DNA of 64,000 nucleotides from an uncultured Arcobacteraceae bacterium (GTDB lineage: Bacteria; Campylobacterota; Campylobacteria; Campylobacterales; Arcobacteraceae): contig CAXHZO010000013.1 of assembly GCA_964022095.1 (NCBI GenBank), positions 1 to 64,000 on the forward strand, in the 5' to 3' direction. The notes beneath the pieces are model-generated. The model worked only from the letters and a program-made list of their open reading frames with translations, searched no databases and was not told the origin of the DNA. Shown here piece after piece: positions 49,701-60,490 of this stretch; position 1 is the first letter of the stretch, and each line of letters begins with the position of its first letter. A program made the position numbers and the translations under genes.

Positions 49701-52013
49701 CCTATTGATTCTTTGTGATTCTTTATTTATTTTACTGGCAAATATTTCGTCTTTTATTACTAAATGTTCTAATTGAGCAACAATATCTTCATCTTTTACT
49801 TTTATTCCGTTTGGAACTTTTTTACTATGTAGTTGTACTGCACATTGTTTGAAGTTTGGTTCAAAAGATTTAGGATCAAAATCAGCTATTGTGATAGTAT
49901 TAATTAATTGTTCATTATAATGAAATGGCACAAAAATACTTCCAGGTCTAATATTTTGAGATTCTTTTACCATAATTTCATTGATTCTCCCTCTTTTTGA
50001 ACTAATATCTAATCTATCACCATTTTTTACTTTTAGTTTTTTAGCATCAACTGGATTTATTTCAATCCACGCTTCAGGAGCTAAATCATTTAAAATTGAA
50101 ATTGTTTTAGTCTTTGTTCTTGTGTGCCATTGTTCTACTGTTCTTCCTGTATTTAAAACAAGAGGGAAATTAGTATTACATGATTCTTTTAATGGCTTCC
50201 AATCAAGTGGAAGAAGGTTTGCTTTTCCAGATTCAGTTGGGTAAGGCATATCTTCACTATATAACCTTGCTTTTCCTTTTGGATATTTTTCATTACAAGG
50301 CCATTGAATTCCTCCTAATTCTTCAATTAATTCATAACTCATTCCTGAGTAATCACATAATCTGCCTTCACTTACTTTTTTCCATTCATTAAAAGCATCT
50401 CTTGGCTCACTCCAGTTTGGATATAATTTTTCATTTACACCTTCAAAGTACTTTGAAAATTCTAAAACAATATCAAAATCACTTTTTGTATCTCCAAGTG
50501 GTTCAGTAGCTTTCTTTGCATAGTTACATCTTCTTTCACTATTTGTATACACTCCCTCTTTTTCACTCCAGGTTGCTGCTGAAAATACAACATCAGCTTC
50601 AAGAGCTGTTTCACTTTTAAAGGCATCTTGAACAACCAAAACCTCTAGTTTTTCTAAAGCTTTTCTTAGTTTATTTTGGTCTGGATAAGATATTAAAGGA
50701 TTAGTTGCAACAAGCCATAATGCTTTAATTTCACCAGCTTCTATTGCATCAATAATTTGAGGATAAGAATATCCTCTTTTTGTAGGTATATCTTCTACTG
50801 GAACATTTATAAGTGTTGCATACTCTTCTCTATCATGTGCACTTGCAAAGTTTCTATAACCAGGAAGTGAGCTTGTAAATCCTGTCTCCCTTGTGCCCAT
50901 AGCATTACATTGGCCAGTTATTGAAAGTGCTGTTGCACCTTCACGTCCTAAATTGCCAGTAATTAATGATAAGTTACAAATTCCACTTACTGTATCAGTA
51001 CCAATTGAACTTTGATTAACACCCATTGTCCATGCACTCATAGCTTTGTCTGCTTTTGCATAAACTCTAGCTAGTTCATATAAATCTTTTACTTCAATAC
51101 CTGTTATATTTGCTACATCTTGAGGCTTGTAATTCTCCATGATATGTTTTCTAAACTCTTTATATCCAGTAGTTCTTTCTTTTATGAATTTTTCATTTTC
51201 CCAACCTTGCTCTAGAATTATATGACAAAGTCCATTCATAAGCGCAAGATCACTTCTTGGATTTATTGGAGCATAAATATCTGCCATATTTGCAGTTTTT
51301 GAAAATCTAGGGTCTATAACAATAATAGTTGGTTTTTTCCCAGTGATTTTTTTGTTTTTTGCAATATGAAGTTTTAAAATAGGGTGGTTATCCGCAATAT
51401 TTGCTCCAATTAGCATAATCACATCAGCATGTGAGAAATCTTCATAACATCCAACTGGTCCATCACTTCCAAATGTTTGTTTATATCCCATAACTGCACT
51501 TGCCATACATAGTGTTGTATTTCCACAGTAGTTATTTGTTTTTAAACCCATTTGAACAAATTTACCAAGACTATAAAATTCTTCAGTTAATAATTGACCA
51601 GTTGAAATAACACCTATTGCTGTATTCCCATATTTTGATTGGATTTCTTTAAATTTATCGCTTGTAGTTTTAAAAGTCTCATTCCAAGAAGATTCAACTA
51701 ATTTACCATTCTTTTTAATCATTGGAGCTGTAAATCTGTTTTCACTTTGTACCATCTCATGTTCACTTAAACCTTTTGGACAAAGTGTTCCTTTATTTAC
51801 TGGATGTGCGGGGTCACCTTTTGTATAAACTGGTTTTCCATCTTTAACTCCAATATATAATCCACAACCAACTCCACAATATCCACATGTACTTCTGACC
51901 CATTTATCAGGAGCCTTTTGTTTAGCTACTTTTCCAAATGTTTTATCATCAGTCAGTTCATATTTTTCATTCTTAATATCAAAATTTAGAAAGTTTTTTA
52001 TTTTGTTAATCAT
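49698..52013 (-). CDS. Mo-bisPGD oxidoreductase catalytic subunit (Nas/NarB-like paralog 2)
   Basis: CGYCGVGC...CPKG, NTTLCMASA, GQCNAMG, LNTGR...QWHTRT; no Tat signal. Confidence 0.85.
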   Translation of the reverse strand: MINKIKNFLNFDIKNEKYELTDDKTFGKVAKQKAPDKWVRSTCGYCGVGCGLYIGVKDGKPVYTKGDPAHPVNKGTLCPKGLSEHEMVQSENRFTAPMIKKNGKLVESSWNETFKTTSDKFKEIQSKYGNTAIGVISTGQLLTEEFYSLGKFVQMGLKTNNYCGNTTLCMASAVMGYKQTFGSDGPVGCYEDFSHADVIMLIGANIADNHPILKLHIAKNKKITGKKPTIIVIDPRFSKTANMADIYAPINPRSDLALMNGLCHIILEQGWENEKFIKERTTGYKEFRKHIMENYKPQDVANITGIEVKDLYELARVYAKADKAMSAWTMGVNQSSIGTDTVSGICNLSLITGNLGREGATALSITGQCNAMGTRETGFTSSLPGYRNFASAHDREEYATLINVPVEDIPTKRGYSYPQIIDAIEAGEIKALWLVATNPLISYPDQNKLRKALEKLEVLVVQDAFKSETALEADVVFSAATWSEKEGVYTNSERRCNYAKKATEPLGDTKSDFDIVLEFSKYFEGVNEKLYPNWSEPRDAFNEWKKVSEGRLCDYSGMSYELIEELGGIQWPCNEKYPKGKARLYSEDMPYPTESGKANLLPLDWKPLKESCNTNFPLVLNTGRTVEQWHTRTKTKTISILNDLAPEAWIEINPVDAKKLKVKNGDRLDISSKRGRINEIMVKESQNIRPGSIFVPFHYNEQLINTITIADFDPKSFEPNFKQCAVQLHSKKVPNGIKVKDEDIVAQLEHLVIKDEIFASKINKESQRINR

Positions 52014-52031
52014 TATATTATCCCCACTTTT

Positions 52032-53621
52032 TTATCCACGTTGATTTCCCATAAAGAAATTACCTGCTAGTCCTTGTGCAACTGCTGTTTTATAAAAAAG
52101 TGATCTTGAAATGATTTCACTAGAAAATGAAGTTAAACAAGATAACACTAAAAATAAAATAGCCCAAGTATAATTGTGACTTGCTATTAGAAGTAAACTT
52201 AATACTGGTAATACAAATGCCCCAATAGTTAATGTGATAGCTCTAACTTTTCTTAATTTTATAAAATTTTCTTCATATAAAGCTTTCGTCTTATTTAATT
52301 GATAATAATTTTTATGTTCCTTATCTAAGTTTTTATAAAATTTAATCTCTTTTGAAAACTCTCTAAATTGTAAGAATGCGATGAATACTCCTATTGGAAT
52401 TAGTAATAATGCAGATTCATATCTCTCTAAATTAACTAATACAATTCCAACAAGTAAGATTCCAATATACCCTACATTAAAGAAGATACTTGTTGTTTCT
52501 TCTTTATTCCAAGATGGTCTTGCTTTTATTCTATAAATCATAGATTGTGCATAAATACCATATCCTCCTATTGTAAATACAAAAGCTTCTAATATAAACC
52601 TAAAGAATTGATTTGCTTCAAAAAAGAACATTATAATTAATAGGGATAATCCAAATGTATATGCTCCAAGTGCTGCTGCTTCTCTACTTAGCCATGAAGT
52701 TTTTAAGTTTTTCATTGCTGTCATAGCAAGTCCTGGACGTCCAAGATGAAGGGCTGATAATGGAAGACCAATTGCTGCAGGTAAAAATACTGCTATCATC
52801 ATCCATAAAGAAGGTGTTGGTAAATTAAATCCTATAATATTGATAAATTCACCTAAAAATAGTGCTGTAAATCCTCCAAATGAAAGTTGTGTTAATACAG
52901 TCATAAATACAAGTGGCCACTCAGCATGATTTGGTTTTACAATATGTGAATCAGCAGGTGTCATATCTTCTGTTTCATCAATTGTATATCTTGTAGTTGG
53001 TTTAGTAATATCAATATCAGGAAGATTTGGTGCAATACCTTCTTTACTCATATCTTCATTTAGCCATTGTTTAACATTTACTACTTCAATTGCAATAGCA
53101 CCAGATGGACATGCTTGAACACATGCTGGAGTTTGTCCAACATCTAATTTTTCATGACACATATGACATTTAGTAACTATTCCTCTGTCTTTATTAAATG
53201 TTGGAACTTCATAAGGACAATTCCAAGTACAGTATTGACATCCAATACAACTATCATCATCATGAAAAACAATACCATTATCAAATTTTATATACGAATT
53301 TGTAGGACACCCGATTAAACATTCAGGTTCAATACAGTGATTACATGACATTGAATTAAAGTGATTTTTCACATTAGGGAAAATACCGCTTTGCGTTTCC
53401 CCAACTCTTCTCCATTTTACATCTGCATCATTATTATTTTGTTCATTGCATGCAACTTCGCAACAGTGACAACCAATACAGGCTGTTGCATCAAAGTGAA
53501 ATCTATATTGCTCTCCATATTTAGGTTTTGGAACTTCTATAGAGTAATTACCACATTGCATTCCTGTTTGGGCTTTGTGTTTAATAAAGTTTTCTAGTGG
53601 TGTTTTTTCGTTTTGACTCAT
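52032..53621 (-). CDS. Fusion of DmsB-like 4x[4Fe-4S] protein and DmsC-like membrane anchor
   Basis: Four Cys groups (CIGCHCCEVAC etc.), then EWPLVF, HLGRP, SWLSRE; ATG 53621 preferred over track start 53633. Confidence 0.85.
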   Translation of the reverse strand: MSQNEKTPLENFIKHKAQTGMQCGNYSIEVPKPKYGEQYRFHFDATACIGCHCCEVACNEQNNNDADVKWRRVGETQSGIFPNVKNHFNSMSCNHCIEPECLIGCPTNSYIKFDNGIVFHDDDSCIGCQYCTWNCPYEVPTFNKDRGIVTKCHMCHEKLDVGQTPACVQACPSGAIAIEVVNVKQWLNEDMSKEGIAPNLPDIDITKPTTRYTIDETEDMTPADSHIVKPNHAEWPLVFMTVLTQLSFGGFTALFLGEFINIIGFNLPTPSLWMMIAVFLPAAIGLPLSALHLGRPGLAMTAMKNLKTSWLSREAAALGAYTFGLSLLIIMFFFEANQFFRFILEAFVFTIGGYGIYAQSMIYRIKARPSWNKEETTSIFFNVGYIGILLVGIVLVNLERYESALLLIPIGVFIAFLQFREFSKEIKFYKNLDKEHKNYYQLNKTKALYEENFIKLRKVRAITLTIGAFVLPVLSLLLIASHNYTWAILFLVLSCLTSFSSEIISRSLFYKTAVAQGLAGNFFMGNQRG

Positions 53622-53622
53622 C

Positions 53623-55227
53623 TTATAATCCAATTCTTTCTTGTATTTCTTCTGTTGTTAATTTTGATAAAACTCTTGAATCAAAACTTTCAAATGTTTC
53701 ATCTTCTATTTTCTCATTTTTGTAAATCTCAATTAAATTTCTCACTATAATTTGAGCCTTTTTCATAGGAATGGCTTTTGAAATCTGTCTAGCTTCTAAA
53801 ACTTTTGAAGTTGCTTTACCCCCTAAAAATATTTTTACACCATCACATTTCTCACCATTTTCATCTTTTGCAATCGCTCCTTCAAATCCAATATCTGCAA
53901 CACCATGAACACCACATCCTTTTGGACATGCTGACCAATACATTCTTATTTTCCCATCTTTTATTGGAGTATATTGATTTAAATAAATTGCCATTTCGAT
54001 TGAATCAGATTTATTAGCTATTACACCAAATGAGCACTCATTAATACCTGCACATGCAATTTGATTTCTAAAAAAAACATTATTATATGAGTCATATTTT
54101 TTAAAAATCTGAGATTCTTTTATCGTTGTTATATTTTCAGTATTAGTTATTAAAAAGAAGCTTTGTTCATTTGTAAATCTTAATATTGAGTCTGTTGTTT
54201 CCATTAATTTAGTAATACAGTGTAAATCTTTACTATTAAAAAGTCCTGCTGGAATTGGAAAGTAAATTGCAGATTTATTGTTTTTTAGTTCTGTAATTGA
54301 GGATTTATCAATTTTATACTCTTTTTTTACTAGTAACTCTCCAGCCCCTAAAATATTTAAGCCAGATCTTTCTTTTAATATTTTTTCTAGTTCTTCTAAT
54401 CCAATTTCATCTATAAAAAAGTTTAATCTATTTTTATTTCTATTGTCTCTAAACCCATAAGTTTTAAATAAATCTAATAGTGTTGCAAAAATAGTTTTTA
54501 CTTCATTTGGTTTTACAAATATATTTGTAGGTCTTGCTTGAACTCCAACTTTCCCACCAAGATAAAGGTTGAATCCTATTTCTTCATTTTTTTTAGCTAG
54601 AACGAAAGCACAATCTTGACCATAAATATTACAATCATTAATAGTGTCACCTAATATTCCCGTATTGAATTTTCTTGTTAGAGTTCCTATAAAGTCTTCT
54701 TTTTTTAGAAATACATCGTGGATATCATCTACTAAACTTTTACACTCAATTAAAGAAGTCTTTGAATATCCATCAAGAGGAGAAGCTATAACTCCTCTTA
54801 CGTTATCTCCTGCTGTTTGATAAGTAGTTATTCCAACACTTTCTAATTTTTCTAAAACTGTAGGTAATTCTTCAAATCTTAAATGTCTAAATTCTACTTG
54901 ACTTCTTGTTGTCAAATCAATTCTACTTTTCCCATATTCTTTAGCAGTTTTACAAAATACTTTTGCTTGATTTAATGTAAGTTGACCATAAGGAATTCTA
55001 ATTCTGATAGCAAATTCATCATTAGATCCTTTGTCATAGATTCCATAACATTTTAATAAGTGTTTTGATTGAGCATTTGTAATATTTTCATATCCCATAT
55101 TACAGAATGTATGAAAATTATCAATGAAGTTTATTGCTTTTTGTTCACTTTTTAATTTCTCAATCTTATTGATTTTTTTATTTCTTCTTTCAAAGGCATC
55201 TTTTAATGTACTCATAATATTCTCCAA
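53623..55227 (-). CDS. nirA: Ferredoxin-type siroheme nitrite reductase
   Basis: DLTTR, GDNVR, RKFN, CAGINEC and SACPKGC ligands. Confidence 0.85.
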   Translation of the reverse strand: MENIMSTLKDAFERRNKKINKIEKLKSEQKAINFIDNFHTFCNMGYENITNAQSKHLLKCYGIYDKGSNDEFAIRIRIPYGQLTLNQAKVFCKTAKEYGKSRIDLTTRSQVEFRHLRFEELPTVLEKLESVGITTYQTAGDNVRGVIASPLDGYSKTSLIECKSLVDDIHDVFLKKEDFIGTLTRKFNTGILGDTINDCNIYGQDCAFVLAKKNEEIGFNLYLGGKVGVQARPTNIFVKPNEVKTIFATLLDLFKTYGFRDNRNKNRLNFFIDEIGLEELEKILKERSGLNILGAGELLVKKEYKIDKSSITELKNNKSAIYFPIPAGLFNSKDLHCITKLMETTDSILRFTNEQSFFLITNTENITTIKESQIFKKYDSYNNVFFRNQIACAGINECSFGVIANKSDSIEMAIYLNQYTPIKDGKIRMYWSACPKGCGVHGVADIGFEGAIAKDENGEKCDGVKIFLGGKATSKVLEARQISKAIPMKKAQIIVRNLIEIYKNEKIEDETFESFDSRVLSKLTTEEIQERIGL

Positions 55228-55262
55228 TATTTGACTATATATGAGTAATTTTATCAGTAAAA

Positions 55263-55351
55263 TTAATGTAAAATTAATTTTTATTGATTATAAAGTATAC
55301 AATTTTATAAATATAAGATAGTACTAGTATGTTATTTTATGTAAAGTTAAG
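55263..55351. promoter_or_regulatory. nirA composite regulatory region
   Basis: TTAATGTAAAATTAAT (55263), TGATTATAAAGTATACA (55285), TTTATGTAAAGTTAAG (55336). Confidence 0.6.
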
Positions 55352-55352
55352 A

Positions 55353-57341
55353 TTATAGTTTTTTAATCTTAACTGCTGAATGATTATAATCAGGTTGTAA
55401 TGAGTCTTTATCGTAGATATCATTAGTTAGAAAATTTATATCTCTATTACTTACTGGTACAAAAATATTATCTTCATTTATATTTTCTGTTATAGTAACT
55501 ATAGTTTCTATTTCTCCTCTTCTTGAAATAATTTTAATTTTATCACCATCTTCTATTTTTAATTTCTTAGCATTTATTGGGTTGATCTCACAAAAATTTA
55601 ATGGTTTATGTTTTAAAAGTGTTCTTGGTAAATTTGTTTTTGTACCACTATGCCATTGATCTCTTGTTCTTCCTGTTAATAAAATAAATGGATATTCCAA
55701 ATTGGTTTTTTCACTTAATAGTTTATTTTCAACAAAGAATAGATTAGCTTTATTATTTTTTGTAAAAAACTCTTTTTCTTCTCTAATTTTTTCACCCCAA
55801 ATAAATGGTTGCTCTTTTAATTTTTCATAAGAAGTGTCATATACATTTAAATGAGGGTTTAATTTTGTCATCTCTTGATACTCTTTAAATATTTCTTCAG
55901 GACTAGAGTATTTAAACTCTTCTTCAAAGCCAAGTTTTTGTCCTAATAATTGAAATATTTCCCAGTCAGGTTTACAATCAATTGATGTTCTAGTTAGCTT
56001 TTCTTGTTTTGTAATTGTTCTATCTAGATTAGTTTGTGTTCCTTCTTTTTCTCCCCAAGGTGCTGCAGGAAGTTTTATATGTGCAAAATTAGCTGTTTCT
56101 GAATTTTCATAAGCATTTATTTCTACAACTAAAGGAATTTTTTTGATTAGTTCTTCCATTTTATTTCTATTTGCTAGATGGTAAATTGGGTCTGTATGAC
56201 AGATAATTAAGACATCTAAATCAGCTTCTAGCATTTGTGTTGCTGTAAGCCCTGGGATATTAGATACTTTATTTGTATTCCAAAAGTTATTTACTTTCTT
56301 TATGGATTCTTTATCAAAGTCTAAATGTACTGCAAGCATTGTTGAAAGTCCTCCAACTTCTCTTCCTCCCATTGCATTTGGTTGTCCAGTTAAAGAAAAT
56401 GGACCAGTTCCTTCTTTATATATTTTTCCTGTTAAAAGATGAGTATTAATAATACTTAAGTTTTTATCAACACCTTGAACTGATTGGTTTATTCCCATTG
56501 TCCATGCCGTGATAATTTTTTGATTTGCTTTATACATTTCCCAGAATTCTTCAAATTGTTCTTTTGTTAACCCTGTTCTTTTTAACATTTTAGTTACAGG
56601 AATTCTTTTGAATTTATTTTTAAGTAGTGTAAAATTGTTTACATTTTCCTCTATGAATTTTTCATCTACTAAATTTTCATCAATAATTCTTTTTGATAGA
56701 AGATTAAAAAAATCTATATCACTTCCAGGTTTAATAGGAAGATGTAAATCCGCAATTTTAGCTGTGTCAGTAAATCTTGGATCAATTGTAATTATTTTTA
56801 AACCTTGTTTTTTTGCTGTTTTAATTCTATTGTGAAATACTACATGGGCTTCAGCTGTATTTGCCCCAACTAGTATTAGTAAATCAGACTTAAATATATC
56901 ATCCATTCTCACTGGTACATAATCAATACCTAAAGCTTTTTTATATCCAACAACAGCACTAGACATACAAGTTCTACTATTTGTATCTACATTATTAGAT
57001 CCTATAAAACCTTTCATTAGTTTATTTGCAACATAGTAGTCTTCAGTTAAAAGTTGTCCTGATAGGTAAAAACCAACTTTATCTTTTGAAGTTGATTTAA
57101 TTGCATTTACAATTTTAGATATTGACTTATCCCAAGAAGTAGTTTTGTATTCTTGGTTTATGTTTTCTCTTATATGAGGTCTTAAAAGTCTTGTTGGTGT
57201 TTGAATACTTATTAATTCTGATACACCTTTTGAACATAGTCTTCCTTCATTTGTAGGATAGACTACATCACCTATTAATTTATTTTCTTCAAATTCAAGC
57301 CCACAACCAACACCACAATATCCACAAACTGACTTAATCAT
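55353..57341 (-). CDS. narB: Assimilatory nitrate reductase catalytic subunit (NarB/NasA-type)
   Basis: CGYCGVGC...CSKG, NSRTCMSSA, GQPNAMGGRE, TGRTRDQWH. Confidence 0.85.
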   Translation of the reverse strand: MIKSVCGYCGVGCGLEFEENKLIGDVVYPTNEGRLCSKGVSELISIQTPTRLLRPHIRENINQEYKTTSWDKSISKIVNAIKSTSKDKVGFYLSGQLLTEDYYVANKLMKGFIGSNNVDTNSRTCMSSAVVGYKKALGIDYVPVRMDDIFKSDLLILVGANTAEAHVVFHNRIKTAKKQGLKIITIDPRFTDTAKIADLHLPIKPGSDIDFFNLLSKRIIDENLVDEKFIEENVNNFTLLKNKFKRIPVTKMLKRTGLTKEQFEEFWEMYKANQKIITAWTMGINQSVQGVDKNLSIINTHLLTGKIYKEGTGPFSLTGQPNAMGGREVGGLSTMLAVHLDFDKESIKKVNNFWNTNKVSNIPGLTATQMLEADLDVLIICHTDPIYHLANRNKMEELIKKIPLVVEINAYENSETANFAHIKLPAAPWGEKEGTQTNLDRTITKQEKLTRTSIDCKPDWEIFQLLGQKLGFEEEFKYSSPEEIFKEYQEMTKLNPHLNVYDTSYEKLKEQPFIWGEKIREEKEFFTKNNKANLFFVENKLLSEKTNLEYPFILLTGRTRDQWHSGTKTNLPRTLLKHKPLNFCEINPINAKKLKIEDGDKIKIISRRGEIETIVTITENINEDNIFVPVSNRDINFLTNDIYDKDSLQPDYNHSAVKIKKL

Positions 57342-57395
57342 AATATAATTCCTAAAATATAATTGTATAAATTTTAAATTGATTATATATTATAA

Positions 57396-57435
57396 TTAAT
57401 GTAAAGTTAAGATAAGGTTGTTTATTAAATAAACA
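57396..57435. promoter_or_regulatory. narB composite regulatory region
   Basis: TTAATGTAAAGTTAAG (57396-57411) then TGTTTATTAAATAAACA (57419-57435). Confidence 0.65.
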
Positions 57436-57436
57436 A

Positions 57437-59065
57437 TTATTTTAAAATTTGGCTTAAAAATATTGCATTGATAATTAGAAGCATGTAAAATCCAACTTTA
57501 TAGAATTTTTCAGGATTCTTTTTTAATAGTGGCGCTTTTTTATCAAAAAAAGGTTTGACTTTATGTGTATTTTCTATTTCATATTTCATATGAGAATATG
57601 ATTCATATCTCATATTTTCATCAATACTAATTGATCTAAGAATTACACTATTTAACCAATCTGGAATTTTATTGTTCAAAGATTTTGGATTTTTAGGAGT
57701 TTTAAAAGTAGGGTTTTGAAATGGTTCAATCTCACCATAAGGATATGTCCCTGTTAAGGCTTGATATAAAGTTACTCCAATAGAAAAAATTTCTGTTTTT
57801 TCATTTATAGTACTTTCTTCAAATCTTTCAGGGGCTAAATATGATGGTGTTCCCGCTTTAGAGTTTATTGAAAACACTTCTGTAATAGAACCAAAATCAA
57901 TTATTTTGAATAATCTTTTATCATCTCTTTGTAAAACCATAATATTTTCAGGTTTAATATCTCCATGTACTAAATTATATTTTAATAAATATTCTTCCAT
58001 TGAAAGTAAGGTTTTCGCTAAATTTATAGTATCATCAATTGTTAATTCTCTTTTTTTTAGATATTGCTTTAAATTAACACCATCTAATTTTGTCATTAGG
58101 TAATATCTTGCAGTTCTATGATTTGGAATAAATGATTTTGGAAAAAAACCTGCTTTTAATCTTTTTGCATTCCATGCTTCTTTTACATATAAATCTAATA
58201 GGGTATTATTATCAATTGCTTCAATAGGTGCAAACTTTATAACATATTCTTGTTCATTTTTTTTACAAATCCAAGTTCTATCATTTCTTATTAATGATTG
58301 TGTTAATTCAAATCCATCAATCACATCACTTTTTTTTAATTTTTCAGGAATTGATAATTTCATATTTTTTAGTATTTCTAATTGATCAGTATCGAGTATT
58401 TCTAAAACAATAGCACTTGTGTCATCTGGTAAGTTTTCTTCCATAAGAGAGCTGGCTTTTTTAACTATATGATATGCTCCACTTGTAAGGTGTTTAGTTA
58501 GAGTATCACTACTCATAATAGAATAAAGTCCGTCACTACACATTAGAATTTTGTCATCTTTATGGATATTATTTTCAAAATAGAAAATTTCTACTTCATT
58601 ATCTATTCCTATTGCATTTGATAAAACATTATCCATCCCATCTTCATTATGGTCATATGATAATTGACTAAGCTCATGATCTCTTAAAAGATATATTCTA
58701 CTATCTCCAACGTTTGCACCATAAAGTCTATTACCTTTGATAACACATACTGTTACAGTAGTTACATATTCAGGTCTTTCATATTCAGCAATTGATTGTG
58801 CATAAAGAATAGAGTTTATAGATTTAATAAATTCATGAATTGCTTTTTCAATAGTCCAAACTCTAGGTATATTTTTAAAGTTTGTAATTATATGTTGAGT
58901 TACTTTTTTAGCTGCAGAAGCACCTTCTTGAGCACTTCCTACTCCATCGCATAGCACAGCTATAGTCATATTATCAAGTTGTTTTACTTCATAAAAATCA
59001 TCACCAGTTAATTCTTTACCTTTTGTTAAAGAAAATCCACTTGCCTTGATATTACTTTTACTCAT
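57437..59065 (-). CDS. Bifunctional PP2C phosphatase-Ser/Thr kinase, C-terminal TM (copy 2)
   Basis: LCDG, NVGDSR, SDG, DDTSA; VIK, HGDIKPEN, DFG, YLAPE. Confidence 0.9.
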   Translation of the reverse strand: MSKSNIKASGFSLTKGKELTGDDFYEVKQLDNMTIAVLCDGVGSAQEGASAAKKVTQHIITNFKNIPRVWTIEKAIHEFIKSINSILYAQSIAEYERPEYVTTVTVCVIKGNRLYGANVGDSRIYLLRDHELSQLSYDHNEDGMDNVLSNAIGIDNEVEIFYFENNIHKDDKILMCSDGLYSIMSSDTLTKHLTSGAYHIVKKASSLMEENLPDDTSAIVLEILDTDQLEILKNMKLSIPEKLKKSDVIDGFELTQSLIRNDRTWICKKNEQEYVIKFAPIEAIDNNTLLDLYVKEAWNAKRLKAGFFPKSFIPNHRTARYYLMTKLDGVNLKQYLKKRELTIDDTINLAKTLLSMEEYLLKYNLVHGDIKPENIMVLQRDDKRLFKIIDFGSITEVFSINSKAGTPSYLAPERFEESTINEKTEIFSIGVTLYQALTGTYPYGEIEPFQNPTFKTPKNPKSLNNKIPDWLNSVILRSISIDENMRYESYSHMKYEIENTHKVKPFFDKKAPLLKKNPEKFYKVGFYMLLIINAIFLSQILK

Positions 59066-59117
59066 TTGGATACCTTGTATATATAGAATAAAATTTTTAT
59101 AAAAAACTTTATTTTAT

Positions 59118-59147
59118 ATATAAAAAGAGGAAATCCTCTTTTTATAT
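59118..59147 (-). terminator. Stem-loop at end of narK
   Basis: ATATAAAAAGAGGA-aa-TCCTCTTTTTATAT. Confidence 0.6.
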
Positions 59148-60422
59148 TCTACCACCTGCTTGTACACCCCATGTAGTTCTCCATCTAGTTTTTACTAATG
59201 AAATACCTGAAATTGCAACTAATACAACTGCTGTAAAGATTAAGAATCCAGCTGTGTATCCATCAAATGCACCTTTTGACCAACCAAGAGTTTTAATTAA
59301 CGCTGTTCCTCCAAGTCCACCTGCACATCCAACAATACCAGTCATAATACCAATATCTTTACCAAATCTTTGTGGAACTAATTGGAATACAGCTCCATTT
59401 GCCATTCCAAGATTTGCCATAATAAGAAATAATACTAAAATAGCTACACTAAATGGTAAGTTATATGTAGCATTAATTATTGCTAATAGTGCAACTATAC
59501 CATAGAAAAAGTATAGAGACCTAACTCCACCAATTTTATCAGCAATTGCTCCCCCAACTGGTCTTAAAACAGCACCTGCAAAAATACATAAAGCACCAAA
59601 GTATCCAGCAATTACTTTTACATTTGACTCATCCAACACATCAATACCAAATGCACTCATATCTACTTGGTATGTATTCATTAAATATACTTTCATATAC
59701 CCTGCAAATCCAACAAAACCACCAAAACTTACAGCATAGAATAAACAGAACCACCAAGTGTCTTTATCTTTTAAAAGCTTACCATAATCTTTTAATTTTT
59801 TTGGATTTGCTTTATATACATCTTCAGGAGCATTTTTTGCTAAAAATAAGTAAGCAACAAATACTACAATTGCCATTGCTGCACCAACACCAAATACAGA
59901 TTCCCATCCCCAGATCTCTGCAATTTTTGGAGCAAATAAGAAGTCAATAACAACACCAATATTACCAGCTCCAGCAATTCCTAAAACAACACCTTGTAAT
60001 TTTGGAGGATACCATTGTCCAGCTTGTGGAAGTGCAACAGCAAATGAAGCACCAGCAAAACCAAGACCAAGTGCAACTACTAATAACTGATTATAAGTAA
60101 TATCATTACCTTGAAAATATGCAGTTAATAAAGCTGCAATTACAATACCTTGTGAAATAAGTGCAGTTAACTTTGCACCAATTTTGTCTACACCGAATCC
60201 TAAAACAATTCTTAGAATTGCACCAGAAAGTATTGGTAGTGATAATAAAGTAGCTTTTTCTCCTGCTGTCATTATATGACCACTTAAAGCTAAAGCTTCA
60301 CTAATTTCTGTACTTAATGGACCTAGCATTGTCCAAACCATAAAACTCATGTCAAAATATAAAAAAGCCATGAACAACGTTGCTGCGTGTCCTTGTCCTT
60401 TTAAGTCTTTTATTCCTGCCAT
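59142..60422 (-). CDS. narK: NarK/NasA (NNP family) nitrate/nitrite MFS transporter
   Basis: YFDMSFMVW, GFAGASF, GAGNIG, FGGFVG, GNGAVFQLVP-like MANGAVFQLVP. Confidence 0.92.
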   Translation of the reverse strand: MAGIKDLKGQGHAATLFMAFLYFDMSFMVWTMLGPLSTEISEALALSGHIMTAGEKATLLSLPILSGAILRIVLGFGVDKIGAKLTALISQGIVIAALLTAYFQGNDITYNQLLVVALGLGFAGASFAVALPQAGQWYPPKLQGVVLGIAGAGNIGVVIDFLFAPKIAEIWGWESVFGVGAAMAIVVFVAYLFLAKNAPEDVYKANPKKLKDYGKLLKDKDTWWFCLFYAVSFGGFVGFAGYMKVYLMNTYQVDMSAFGIDVLDESNVKVIAGYFGALCIFAGAVLRPVGGAIADKIGGVRSLYFFYGIVALLAIINATYNLPFSVAILVLFLIMANLGMANGAVFQLVPQRFGKDIGIMTGIVGCAGGLGGTALIKTLGWSKGAFDGYTAGFLIFTAVVLVAISGISLVKTRWRTTWGVQAGGRI

Positions 60423-60490
60423 AATCTTTTCCTTTTATGAAACAATTTATTTAATTATAAATTTAAAATTGAACTTTTCTATGCTTCTAA

